From NCBI GenBank assembly GCA_964270895.1, contig OZ185437.1: 64,000 bases of DNA, one strand, 5' to 3'. Numbering within the stretch: the stretch's first letter is position 1; every line of letters begins with the position of its first letter. This stretch comes from Podarcis filfolensis (Eukaryota). The notes under the pieces were generated by a model, which was not told where the DNA came from, did no database searches, and worked only from the letters and a program-made list of their open reading frames with translations. This document shows positions 1 to 11,295 of this stretch, piece by piece. Both the position numbers and the translations under genes were made by a program.

Positions 1-257
1 AATACTGATGCACTTTTATCCCAATTGCTCAGACTGCATTAGGCATAATTACGCATCTTCACCATTTTTACCTAGCTAGGGTCACTCCATTATCTGCTGA
101 AGATGCTGAGACTCAAGCAGGAGATGTATGTGGCTCATGTGCTTGCAATGAATCCACAGTCGACTTAGCATCCTCTTTGAGGACAATCAGTGCTGATACA
201 GCAGGTAGTATCCTCTTTATCATTGGCTCTCTCTTGCTCTCTCTCACTTCTGAAACA

Positions 258-453
258 AAAATAAATAAAAATAACAAATTGTCCAGTAGCACCTTATAGA
301 CCAACTAAGTTTGTTCTGGTATAAAGCTTTCGTATGCATGCACACTTCTTCAGACAGCTTATACCAGAACAAACTTAGTTGGTCTATAAGGTGCTACTGG
401 ACATTTTAAAATTATTATTTCAACTGCATCAGACCAACATGGCTACCTACCTG
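258..453. mobile_element. Penelope-like element remnant: two pLTR/tail fragments in inverted orientation, 12-bp TSD
   Basis: Arms 280-328 and 356-403 are near-perfect inverted repeats (TGTCCAGTAGCACCTTATAGACCAACTAAGTTTGTTCTGGTATAA). ACTTCTGAAACA is duplicated at 246-257 and 454-465. The tail ...AGACCAACATGGCTACCTACCTG is recognised from squamate Penelope-like elements (recall). Confidence 0.8.
318..353 (-). ncRNA. Minimal hammerhead ribozyme core (Penelope-associated), probably inactive copy
   Basis: Minus strand reads CUGAAGA-A-GUGUGC(AU)GCAUAC-GAAA-GCU-UUAUACC: CUGANGA core, stem II, GAAA and palindromic AGCU stem III. Confidence 0.6.
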
Positions 454-1956
454 ACTTCTGAAACAGTTTGTTACTCTGAAATGCTGGCTATACAATAAAA
501 CCACATTCAAAAGGGAAAAAAACTGCACCATATAGTACAATGCACACAGTCAGGAAATCACCAAGCATTATATGGTTTTCTACTTTTTCTGTCTCTCTTA
601 AAAAAAAGTATTAATTTGTCATCTGAAGGAGTATGAAGAAGAACATAAACATATTTCTCTATCGAGTGACTTTCAAAGTGGATATATGCCACCGTAGAAA
701 GATTACTCTCAGTCCCTGGCAGCCTAACATGAATAGTGAGGATCATTAGGCAAATGTGAAGGTGAAGAGAGACTGGGTACAGGTTGTTTTAGTAGTTCAG
801 TGAGAGTGAAGTGCAACAGAGAATTTTAAATGAATTGTGCTCTCCTTTTCAATACCTGCAAAATATTTATTTATAGCAGAACACTCATCTATTGATACTA
901 TGGTTTAGCCATTCCTTATTTTACGGGTGTTTGTGTACATGCCTGCACATGTGAGAGAGAATGAGCTTTGTCTGTGATTTCTGGTAAAGAATTCAAAAGC
1001 GAAAACTGAGGAAAGGATATTCAAGCGTGGATTTCTTGGAAATGGTGTGAAGAATCCAGCAACATATGCAATGATGGGAGTAAGTGGTCTGAGGCTTACG
1101 ATGAACGTTAAATAGCTAACTGAAACAAAAAGACCTTGGCCATTACGTGTGCAGACTCTGATGTGTCTCTGGAAGTCTGGGATCATTAGTATTGGTTCAC
1201 TGACTTAGCCTTGGAGGTTCCTTAAGAAGAGGACGTGACACCAGGCTCAGTCCGAGACTAATGGGGAACAATGCACATCTGCAGGCTCTGATGTTGATAA
1301 TCCAGTGCCTGCTGAGGATCAACCATTGGAGCAAGGGAATATTCCCGAAGCCACTGGCAAACAGAAGTTGAGGATTAGTAGGACCTCTTGAATTTGTAAT
1401 ATAGCTCAGGTCTTCATTAGAACCAGTTGCACCAAAAAGATGGGGAGAGAGCAACAACTCAGAAATCTCATTGCTGCTACTGTTCAACTATAGCACGCTG
1501 ATGTGCTTTCATATTGATGGTTTTAGCTAAGACTTCTAAAATGGCTGTCAGTAGTAGCTGTATGCAAGCAGCACGGAAAGAGTTTTGATCTCTTGATTTC
1601 TTCATGTTCCGATTCAAGTTGTTATTAGAAGAGGAGCTGTGTCATGTCTTAAGGTGGATTACAGATGATGGCACGGTTCCCCCCAACCCACCCACCCCCA
1701 GCTCTGGAGATCAGAATGTATTGGCCTTAAAAATAAATAAAAGTATAGCAAACAATATGTTTCTTGAAGTTTATGGAGGGGGGGGGGACTATATTGCTTA
1801 GACTCAAAGGGAGTTTCAAGTTCTTTGGTTCTTTTATGAACTTGCAGCATCTCATGCAAAAAAAGAGTAAACATTATCTTTTAGAAGTCTATTTTTATAA
1901 GGGCCCTTATGTTTGTCACAATTACTGTGAAACAGATATCTTTGGAGGTGGGATTA

Positions 1957-2182
1957 CAGTGGTACCTCGGGTTAAGAACTTAATTTGTTCTGGAGGTCTG
2001 TTCTTAACCTGAAACTGTTCTTAACCTGAGGCACCACTTTAGCTAACGGGGCCTCCTGCTGCTGCCGTGCCACCGCCACACAATTTCTGTTCTCATACTG
2101 AAGCAAAGTTGTTGACCCGAGGTACTATTTCTGGGTTAGCAGAGTCTGTAACCTTAAGCGTTTGTAACCTGAGGTACCACTG
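1957..2182 (+). mobile_element. Tc1/mariner (Tigger/pogo-like) MITE, copy 1
   Basis: TIRs CAGTGGTACCTCGGGTTA / TAACCTGAGGTACCACTG flanked by TA on both sides; three more copies in the window. Confidence 0.9.
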
Positions 2183-3915
2183 TACTAGTTTGATTTTATC
2201 ACATAGCTCATCCTTATATGGGCTATAACATCGGAAAAGTGGAGCAAATTTTGAATCTATTTGACACATTTGTGTCTGGGACAGTTTTAAGCAATCCAGT
2301 TATACACAGGGGTTCAATACATTTGCATTAAAAATTGGCTTCTAAAACTTCTAAAAAACACACACAAACAAATGTCTTGTACTTGAGTGTACATCATTTG
2401 AGTGAGTTAAATTGAATGGAGATGATTTTTAATGACTACTCAGTTCTAAATCTTGTTTAACATACCTTAATAGATCACAAACACACATGCCATGGCAGGA
2501 ACAGGTGTTTTTTTTTAAAGTCCTTGCCAGAAAAGCGTGAGGTGAGGATTGGGGTAATAGTATCACTTTATGAATTGGGAATGTGCCCCAGTCCATCCCT
2601 TCTGGGATGTCATGAAGAATTATGTGTTCTTCTGTTCCATACTCACTGGAAGTAGCTCATAAGTCTGGACTTGCCAACCATTTGTAATAAGGCCGGTGAC
2701 CCTTGGATAGTCTGACTGTGTGGGAGAGACTGGGTTAGTTTTTCCCCTGTCCTCCATTTCATGACATTAGAGCTTACCTTTACTGTAAAATCCATGTACT
2801 AAGAGACGTACTGTCAGTGGCGAGTTCTCAATTCAGGAACTTCCTTGCCCAGAGGTTTGTCAAAAGCTGAACACTTTCTGGAAGTGGTAGAAGACTTCCT
2901 TGTTTGTGCCAGCTGGGTGTAGCAGGAAAGAGATACATGTAATCAGCTGTTATATAAGATATGGGCTCAGACTGATCAAATTTGGCCACAACAGCTGTAT
3001 ACAGATGGGTCCCAAAAGACTGCTATGTGACCACACAAGCAGTTTCTGGACCACCCTCATGAATGGTGCAGAGAGGGAAGGCTAGACAGCAGGCACACAT
3101 AGACCTACCATTTCCTGCAGGGACATTAGATGCAGGGGCTGTGCTCATGCACCCAAGAGCTTGAACTGGTGGAGATGTTGAGCCCTATGGAATCTCCAAC
3201 TTTCACTGGATCTAGCTCTAATGTTAACATTTTATTTTGCCTTTCTTGTTTTATATCTCCTAAATATGCCCTGAGCCTTAGGGCGTGGTATAGGGTAGAA
3301 ACTTGCATTAATAAAATGGATTAAAATGAATTACAGGGGGAAATTTTAGACAAATCCAAAGCAAAAACAATGCACTTGTGCATTAAAGTGCAATCTTATA
3401 CACGCTTACTTGGAAGTAGGTCCCATTGAACACACAGTGGGACTTACTTCTGGGTAGACATGCACAGCATTGCACTGTTAGAAGCATCTGTATTTTTATC
3501 TGTTTCAGTATCACTGAACTGAATGAGTGGACTTGGGTGGTTTTCCGTAGTTGGATAGTCTGAGCAGATTCTCACTTGCCTTGGAAGTAAACATCAAGGT
3601 TTGTTCCATTTCCTTTGCATCTCTCTCTCCCCCCCCCCCCCCATTCCTCTATTCCTTTCACTTCAGCCTCCTTTCTTTAGATTTCCCCTCTCTTCTCTCT
3701 CAACGTTGTGGGAAGAGACCATCAAGAAACAAGCTTTTCTGCTTGGTGCTCCCTTCCTTTCTTTGCAGAATAAGAGTGCCTCCTAATAAGGGAAAGATCT
3801 CTTTCTGTCTCACTAGCTCACTCTCCCTTTCTCTGCAGAGTCAATGCCAATTAGTGAACTGGAAATAGATTGTGGTTCAGAGGGCAGGGCACCAGCTTAG
3901 GAAAGTGGAGGTGCA

Positions 3916-4017
3916 AGTTCTAGTTATTGCTCAGCAAGTGTTCTGCGGATCGACCTTTAAGCAAGTTGTCTTAAAGGTCAAGGCTGCCAATCACTTGCTG
4001 AGCAATAACTAGAAACT
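3916..4017. repeat. ~100-bp fold-back palindrome
   Basis: Perfect 23-bp arms 3918-3940 / 3992-4014 plus an inner 10-bp stem 3952-3961 / 3970-3979. Confidence 0.9.
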
Positions 4018-4417
4018 CTCTCTGCTTCTGTTCTCTTGTCTTGTCTCTTTCTGTCCTTGTCATAATGGGCACATATTGTGGGGCAGAGTCAAGAATCAAC
4101 CAGCAAGTCTCCAAAGTCCCGGCCACGGTGCAGTGCTAGAAAGCTCCTTTCAACGCTGAAGTTGAAACTTAGGAGACCACTATTGATTTCTTTCTTCCTA
4201 TTTGGCCAGCATCTGCTTCCCTGCCCAGTGAAGTACTGTGTATAGAAAAGATGCACAAAAGAAAATCCTTAGTTGCCAAATGAAACTTTCCCTAGTTTAT
4301 GATTCCGTTTCTTGGTCTACTGTCCTTTCTCTATGGTATCTGCCACTTCCTGACTCTTCTCTTTACAATTCTCTTTTTCCATTCAGTGCCCTATCACACT
4401 TCTTCTGCACTACTTGT

Positions 4418-4421
<4 letters not shown>

Positions 4422-4466
<45 letters not shown>
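4422..4466. repeat. (CT)n microsatellite
   Basis: Directly visible. Confidence 0.98.
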
Positions 4467-4472
<6 letters not shown>

Positions 4473-4552
4473 CTGCCTAGCTTTGGCAAGGTGTCGTTCT
4501 ACTCTACAAATGTCTACAGGCAGAGCTGAACTTTTCTGAGGTCACACAATTA

Positions 4553-4792
4553 AGAAGAGTTTGGATTTGATATCCCGCTTTATCACTACCCAAAGGAGTC
4601 TCAAAGCGGCTAACAATCTCCTTTCCCTTCCTCCCCCACAACAAACACTCTGTGAGGTGAGTGGGGCTGAGAGACTTCAGAGAAGTGTGACTGGCCCAAG
4701 GTCACCCAGCAGCTGCATGTGGAGGAGTGGGGACACGAACCTGGTTCACCAGATTACGGATCTACTGCTCTTAACCACTACACCACACTGGC
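4553..4792 (-). mobile_element. tRNA-derived SINE with L2-like tail (probably Squam3 family)
   Basis: Reverse complement of the copy at 38771. Has a tRNA-like head (box A TGGTGTAGTGG, box B GGTTCG) and a (CTT)n tail. Confidence 0.85.
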
Positions 4793-5191
4793 ACCACCAC
4801 AAGGCCACACCAGATGTGAATGAAATGTGTCTCTCTACCTTTCTGCAAATAGCAGCTATGGAGAAAGGTTATCTGGATTGGGACCTTGGGGTGTGTGTGG
4901 AGCTGTTATTTGCCCATTGGAAAACATATGATCACTAGATAAGAGACATAAACTGTGATTCTAACCATGCTACTCAGAAGTAAGTCCCATTGACATCAGT
5001 GGGGCTTATTCCAATCAGAAGTAAGTGGGGTTAGGATTCTCGTCTTATACTACTCCACTACACAGAAATAAGCCTCATTGAGTTCAGTGTTGTTTGCCTC
5101 CCCAAAATAAGTTTCTTAAAAAAAGAAACGGCTGCAGCCATGAATGATTATGGAACCAATCAGTTCATGGCCTTCAGTCATGGATACTTTT

Positions 5192-5269
5192 GCTGAGATT
5201 TTGCTGCAGGGGGTTGGACTAGATGACCCTTGGGATCCCTTCCAATTCTACAATGCTATGATTCTATGA
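5192..5269 (+). mobile_element. CR1 LINE 3' end
   Basis: GGGTTGGACTAGATGACC...TTCCAATTCTAC...ATGATTCTATG, the typical CR1 3' stem-loop and octamer tail. Confidence 0.85.
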
Positions 5270-6058
5270 AATAAATAAATAAATGGACCTTGAAGGAACT
5301 TTGCCCTCTAAAGAATGAGGCACAGAAAAAAACTCTTAGTTCTAGTTAAACCATTTGCTTTGCCGGTTGTTTCCTTCAGGGGGAAAATGTGTTGCCTTTG
5401 CTTCCTTTTTCACTCCTCAGTGTCCTCAGCTAAAGGATAGATATGCACATGCAATGGAAGAGGTAACAATGTAGTCTACTCTACTAATATGTGCTTCCTC
5501 CCCCCCCCCCCGGCAATCCCATGGCGCGTTGCTTATTTTATTTTTTTAAAAGTTTGCAACATTCTACACCGCCCATTGTTTCTGTGTTCTCTTTACCATT
5601 TTATTTTTACCAATTTGTATAATTTCTTTTTTAAGGTTTGGTCGCTTGCACCTAGCTAACATCTCCCTGAACACATTTACATAATTCAAAAAAACAAAAC
5701 ACAAACATGCTGACTAATGTCAGCCTAAAATAGACTCTCCTGGGATATGCTAAACATATTCCCTGTTGCCGTCGCCACCGGCGAAAATCTAAGAACATCA
5801 TGGTGCTCCACTCTGTGCCCTGCAGGTCAGTTGACTGAGGCTCAAATCCTATATAGTTACCTCGGTGCAAGCCTCACTGAACACAGTGATTTCCAAGCAG
5901 GAAATCAGGCTATAATGTGCTTTGTGGGGGCTAAGTGAGGAAAAGACTCCAGAGTTATAAGGAGGCCCGTTTCATAAGTGCCACAATGCCCTGCCCGGCT
6001 GCTCTAAACACATTGGCCCATCTCATGACTGTGGTGGCTTCCCAGGATGACATTAGAA

Positions 6059-6222
6059 CAGTGGCGTAGCGTGGGTTGTTAGCACCCGGGGCAAGGCAAG
6101 TAATTTGCGCCCCCTAACCCGTGGATTTTAGTAGGGGCAGAGAGCTGCGAGTGCGAGCGCGCCCCCCCAGATGTTGCGCCCGGTGCGGCCGGCCCCCCCT
6201 GCACCCCCACACTACGCCACTG
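6059..6222. mobile_element. hAT-superfamily MITE
   Basis: 17-bp TIRs CAGTGGCGTAG(C/T)GTGGG with one mismatch; perfect 8-bp TSD CATTAGAA at 6051-6058 and 6223-6230. Confidence 0.92.
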
Positions 6223-7241
6223 CATTAGAAGAGCTTTGCAGCCAGTGGACTAGTTGACTATTATTCTCTGTGTGTGCTACACACTGTTCTGCACCCCGGC
6301 CCCCCAGCCTCTCACAAAATTTTGCAGTAGTTGAGGGCACCGTCTTATAGCTAAAATCCATCTGCTCATTGGCTGCCCTAAAATTCTGGAGCTTCCTTCC
6401 CTTAAGTCACCAAACTTGAGCTTCTCAGTCTTTCTGAGTCTGTATTTGGTGACTGGGTTGATGCTGGAGGGAATATAAATATATTAGCAGTTTCAATCTT
6501 TCCTGACCATTTTAATTTAAGTAGGGATAAAAAAAGCAAACTAAATAAATACATGCACTAGTCTGCAACAGCTTCAAGTATCTGGATCCAGCCCCTGCCC
6601 AAGAGATGATGGTGGTTGGTTGGAGAGTTTCTGTGATCCACAAGAGCTGATCTTATTTCCGTGGGAAATGTGTTACATGATATCCCAAGTCGCACCAAGC
6701 CCATTGAAGAACGGCTCGGCTCTCCTATTTTCTTTTGTGATTTTCCATTGTAATGTGTAACTTTGTAGTCTGATGTATTCGGCAGAAAAACCTTCCTCCT
6801 GACCTCACTTTTTAAGCTGAAGCATGAGGCGATATCTGACCAATTAGGCTTGAGATGCAAGCCATATGCAAATGCACTGTGTCTTCATCTTTTGATAGAA
6901 GTTAATGCCATTTCCCTTTATGTTTAAATGGCTCTTTAACCACTTAGAGATTAAGTGGATATTTAAAAGGGAGAAAGGGGGGGGGGACTTTAAAAGGTGT
7001 TAACTTTATCATGTGTCATAAAAGAGAAGATATTTAATAAGCCACTGGTACTTCTTGGGAGCTTTTTTAGTTTAGTTTTATACTTTTGAGATAAAAAGAT
7101 AATGCAAAAATATGTACAAAGTACCTTTTAGAAACTTTGGAAAAGGTCAAGGAGAAAATAGCTGGATTTCAAAAGCTGAACTTTTCAAGGATTTCTTCTG
7201 ATTTCTCTAAAACAAGATAGCCTCTTCCTCCTCTTAATAGT

Positions 7242-7590
7242 NNNNNNNNNNNNNNNNNNNNNNNNNNNNNNNNNNNNNNNNNNNNNNNNNNNNNNNNNNN
7301 NNNNNNNNNNNNNNNNNNNNNNNNNNNNNNNNNNNNNNNNNNNNNNNNNNNNNNNNNNNNNNNNNNNNNNNNNNNNNNNNNNNNNNNNNNNNNNNNNNNN
7401 NNNNNNNNNNNNNNNNNNNNNNNNNNNNNNNNNNNNNNTCATNNNNNNNNNNNNNNNNNNNNNNNNNNNNNNNNNNNNNNNNNNNNNNNNNNNNNNNNNN
7501 NNNNNNNNNNNNNNNNNNNNNNNNNNNNNNNNNNNNNNNNNNNNNNNNNNNNNNNNNNNNNNNNNNNNNNNNNNNNNNNNNNNNNNNNNN
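7242..7590. other. Assembly gap (N run) with an isolated TCAT at 7439-7442
   Basis: Directly visible. Confidence 0.99.
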
Positions 7591-10321
7591 AGCACATGAC
7601 AACTCATTAGCTGACCTGGGGAGAGACTAATTTGAATGCTTTTGATAAAAATTTCAAGGCTTTTTTTTATAACTTAAATTACATTTTGTGCACTTTTATA
7701 AATACTGTAATTTCCCCCCTAAGTTGGGGGAAACTGTTAGGAAGACTTCAAAGTCATGGAACAAAGTTTGTTTACAACATTAAATCTATTGGATGCACCA
7801 GAACTTCCAGGGGGAGTTTAAAGTTTTAGATTCATTTCTCTCCCCACAAATGTACACACGCATTTGGGCAGCGAGAATGAAACACCCCTCTGAATTCAGT
7901 CAATGCTGGGCTTATACTTCAACACAGAAGCAGAGTTGCTGCCTCGCTCTCCTTTCCCTTCCCCTCACAAAAACGCTTAAAACTTTACAACACTTAACAC
8001 TGTCAATATTTAAAAATCACTGTTAGTTACTGCAAGTTGCTCTTATCAGTTATCCTCATCAGACTAGCCTCATTAGGAATTGCTGTAATTCATTCCATTT
8101 CTCTAAACTATCCAGAGAACTTAAATGAAAGCTGATTACACAAATCTAGTTCGCTACTGTACCCATCTCCCTCAAGGCTTTCTTTATTAGGAGGATGTGT
8201 GTTAGCTCCTGTTCTGTTCAACATTGAAAAGCGCTGTCTTCCTCAGCACTGCAGACTTGCTGTCAAAGCAGCGCTTTACACTGAAGAATTCTTCGTTTGT
8301 TTTAAGTTTCAGTCACAGCCAGATCTCAGATTTTTCAGACGGTTTCTTGTTTTATGTTAAAGCACTTCTTCTCCTTTTTTTGCTCCAGACTTTTGAGGGG
8401 TGCTCTTGCCCCTCCTTCCTGCTTCAATGTTGTGTCAGTGTCTCCTCCTCAGCACCAGTATTCTGTAAGATGAATGTACTTGCGCGTGCAACTTGTAGCT
8501 ATTTAGTCTATTCCCTTTACGTGAGACTGAGGAAAACGAGTGAGCATGACATCTTGGGGGTCTTCCTTTCTGTTTTCTCCTTCTTTGTTTTCAAAATGAC
8601 AGCCAATAGGAAATGGAATAGTCTTTTCTGCAGTGCTCCTTGCCTCCTTCAAGCCATCAGCATGGTTTGAACTTGGAGCCCTCAGCACCCAAGCACAAAC
8701 CTCTCACACATGAGCTGAGAAGACTGAGTTGACAGCGTCGCTGAGGGAGAAGTTCAGATTACTTTTCAAAACACGCCCTTGAAGTCACTGGGAGACGTTT
8801 CGCTGGCTCTGGTAATCTTTGGCTGAAGTTCAAGGAGATTACTCAGTTTGTTACAAAGGATTATGGGCTGTAAATAGGGATACCAATTTAACTACTCCAG
8901 CTCCAACCACCCCCATTTATTAAAACGTGTCCTTTTAAAAGCTGTAGCTGTATCATTAACAGTCTTTGTTGTCTAGATTCCCATTGTACATGTGTATGCA
9001 GGCCTGTTCACACTTGACACTAAACACAGGTACAAACTGTGAACACAGATCTAAATGTTTGTGTGAAACAGTTGCTGATTGATCCAGCTCAACTATTGTG
9101 TATGCAGGTACACAGACTGTATGCTTATTAAACATTACATGGGAATAATGTACGAGGGTACAGTCCAACTATTTTTTGTGTACACAGGCAGTCAGACTGT
9201 ACACTTGCTTAATGTAAGACATGAAAACCTTTTATGTGATCATAGATTTGCAGCTGTTCTGAGTCAGGAGATGTGAACATGACATTCAGTCTGGTGAAGT
9301 AGTTCCAAATCAAACTTGGGCCACGGCTTCCTGCTTGCGAGAAGCTCACTCACTGACCTTAGCCCAAAGTTACACATTTCAGCTTTACATGAGGGGTGGT
9401 CACCAAACCTTGAGGGGCACATTTGCAAATAGAAGAAACTGTAGTGGGCACCACAAGTGCCACAACTAAGCACACACTGCAACCTTTTTGGTTGGCTACA
9501 ATGCAATGCTTCTTTCAAGCCAAATTTCAGAACGGGGGGCAGAGGTGACCCAGTGAACACTGGAGAATGCCTCTGCAAGCACACAAATATGCATAGGATC
9601 CATGTTTACAACCCTGGCTTAGCGTATCTCACCGGATTGTTGTGAGGATAAAATGATGATTTACTTAAAGGAAAGGCAGGATACAAAATGTGATTACTAA
9701 ACGACTCATGGAAAGAAGAGGGGTCCAGGTTGTATCTCATCCCATGAACAATCATGTTCTGCTACAAATGGATGGTAAGTAATGTTCAAAAAATGTTAGT
9801 AATGTTCAAAAAAAGAGTTTATTTTCCCCAAGTTAGCTTTCTTTTGATCAACTGCTTTTAGGCAAGGCATTACACAGACAACTAGCTGGTGCACTCTGTA
9901 ATCCTGCATTCATAGGTTCAGCAGACAATGTCAAACTGGGCAACACCAATTTATTGTTACTAAAGTCAGGTGGCTGCCCCTTTCTCTGCCTAGTGCTGGC
10001 AAGGGCCCATGGGGTATCAGGGTCTGTGCTCCTTTGAAGAATGAAGGCGCAGTGGACACTGTCATGGCTTTAAGAAATATGGTTTATTCACCTATCTACA
10101 CATTCAGTTGGCATGCAGGGAGTCCAGATCTTACTGCATGGTCATTTCAAGAGGCAGCAGTGCAGCCAGCCTCTCCCAAGATGGATCTGAGCCCTTCTTC
10201 CTGCTTCTTCTTCCCAGAAACCCTTTCCCTGTCCCCTCAAACACACACACCATCACCTTGGTAGCATCTCACTCCCCAATGGCCCATCAGCACCTTTTGC
10301 CAGGTTGCTCTTGGATAACTC

Positions 10322-10458
10322 CATACCTTCCTACATTTCACCAATGAAAATGGGGGCATCCTAAGGAAAAGTGGGACATTCCAGCATCAAATCAGAAACC
10401 GGGACGGCTTTTCTAAATCAGGGGCATCCCTGGAAAATAGGGACACTTGGAGGGCCTG
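10322..10458 (+). mobile_element. Short MITE (TIR CA(T/G)ACCCTCCA-like), copy 1
   Basis: Reverse complement of 43761-43898, with short imperfect TIRs; no clear TSD. Confidence 0.7.
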
Positions 10459-10729
10459 AAAGTGGGCATGGCTGGAGACAGAAGGGCAAGCTCTGCCAAC
10501 CTATTCAGCAAACTGGTAGGGCCAACCCCTTTCCTTTCATACTGTGCTCAGAGCTGTGTCTCCCTTGCTTTCGCAAGACCCTGGTGGCGATCATGGATTC
10601 TTTTGGGTCGAGCACAACTGATGATGAAAGAGCAGGAAGCTCCAGGAAAATAAAAAAACACTTGCATATGATGGCTATAATAGTTCAGTGCACAACTTCA
10701 GCACACAAAGTGCTTTCTTTGAGGACCAG

Positions 10730-11295
10730 ATCATAGAATCATAGAATCATAGAATCATAGAGTTGGAAGAGACCACAAGGGCCATCGAGTCCAACCCCCC
10801 TGCCAAGCAGGAAACACCATCAGAGCACTTCTGACATATGGTTGTCAAGCCTCTGCTTAAAGACCTCCAAAGAAGGAGACTCCACCACACTCCTTGGCAG
10901 CAAATTCCACTGTCGAACAGCTCTTACTGTCAGGAAGTTCTTCCTAATGTTTAGGTAGAATCTTCTTTCTTGTAGTTTGGAACCATTGCTCCGTGTCCGC
11001 TTCTCTGGAGCAGCAGAAAACAACCTTTCTCCCTCCTCTATGTGACATCCTTTTATATATTTGAACATGGCTATCATATCACCCCTTAACCTCCTCTTCT
11101 CCAGGCTAAACATGCCCAGCTCCCTTAGCCGTTCCTCATAAGGCATCGTTTCCAGGCCTTTGACCATTTTGGTTGCCCTCCTCTGGACACGTTCCAGTTG
11201 GTCAGTGTCCTTCTTGAACTGTGGTGCCCAGAACTGGACACAGTACTCCAGGTGAGGTCTGACCAGAGCAGAATACAGTGGCACTATTACTTCCC
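10730..11295 (-). mobile_element. 5'-truncated CR1 LINE (ORF2 C-terminus + 3' UTR)
   Basis: Translates [19 protein letters not shown]...[13 protein letters not shown]...[14 protein letters not shown] to an intact stop at 10820; (GATTCTAT)n tail. Confidence 0.96.

Noticed and set aside
30-3130. Protein-looking open stretches on the minus strand (e.g. 64 codons at 2831-3022, 45 codons at 2623-2757, ORFs at 905-1487) as a decayed gene
   Set aside because: No recognisable domain, frequent stops in all frames, and TE insertions; run lengths are compatible with chance. BLASTx would settle it.
4561-4938. 125-aa ORF, with a similar peptide at 38664-38906
   Set aside because: The shared peptide comes from two copies of the same SINE read antisense.
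7185-7607. Long ORFs in the track
   Set aside because: Artefacts of the N run.
8200-8850. Possible promoter or 5' UTR (CCAAT at ~8604, CpG-containing palindrome CAGCGTCGCTG) and a 148-aa ORF
   Set aside because: Short motifs only; no downstream exon identified and no recognisable homology for the ORF.
9680-9780. Apparent exon ending in G|GTAAGT
   Set aside because: The putative acceptor lies in a SINE tail remnant and the peptide is unrecognisable.
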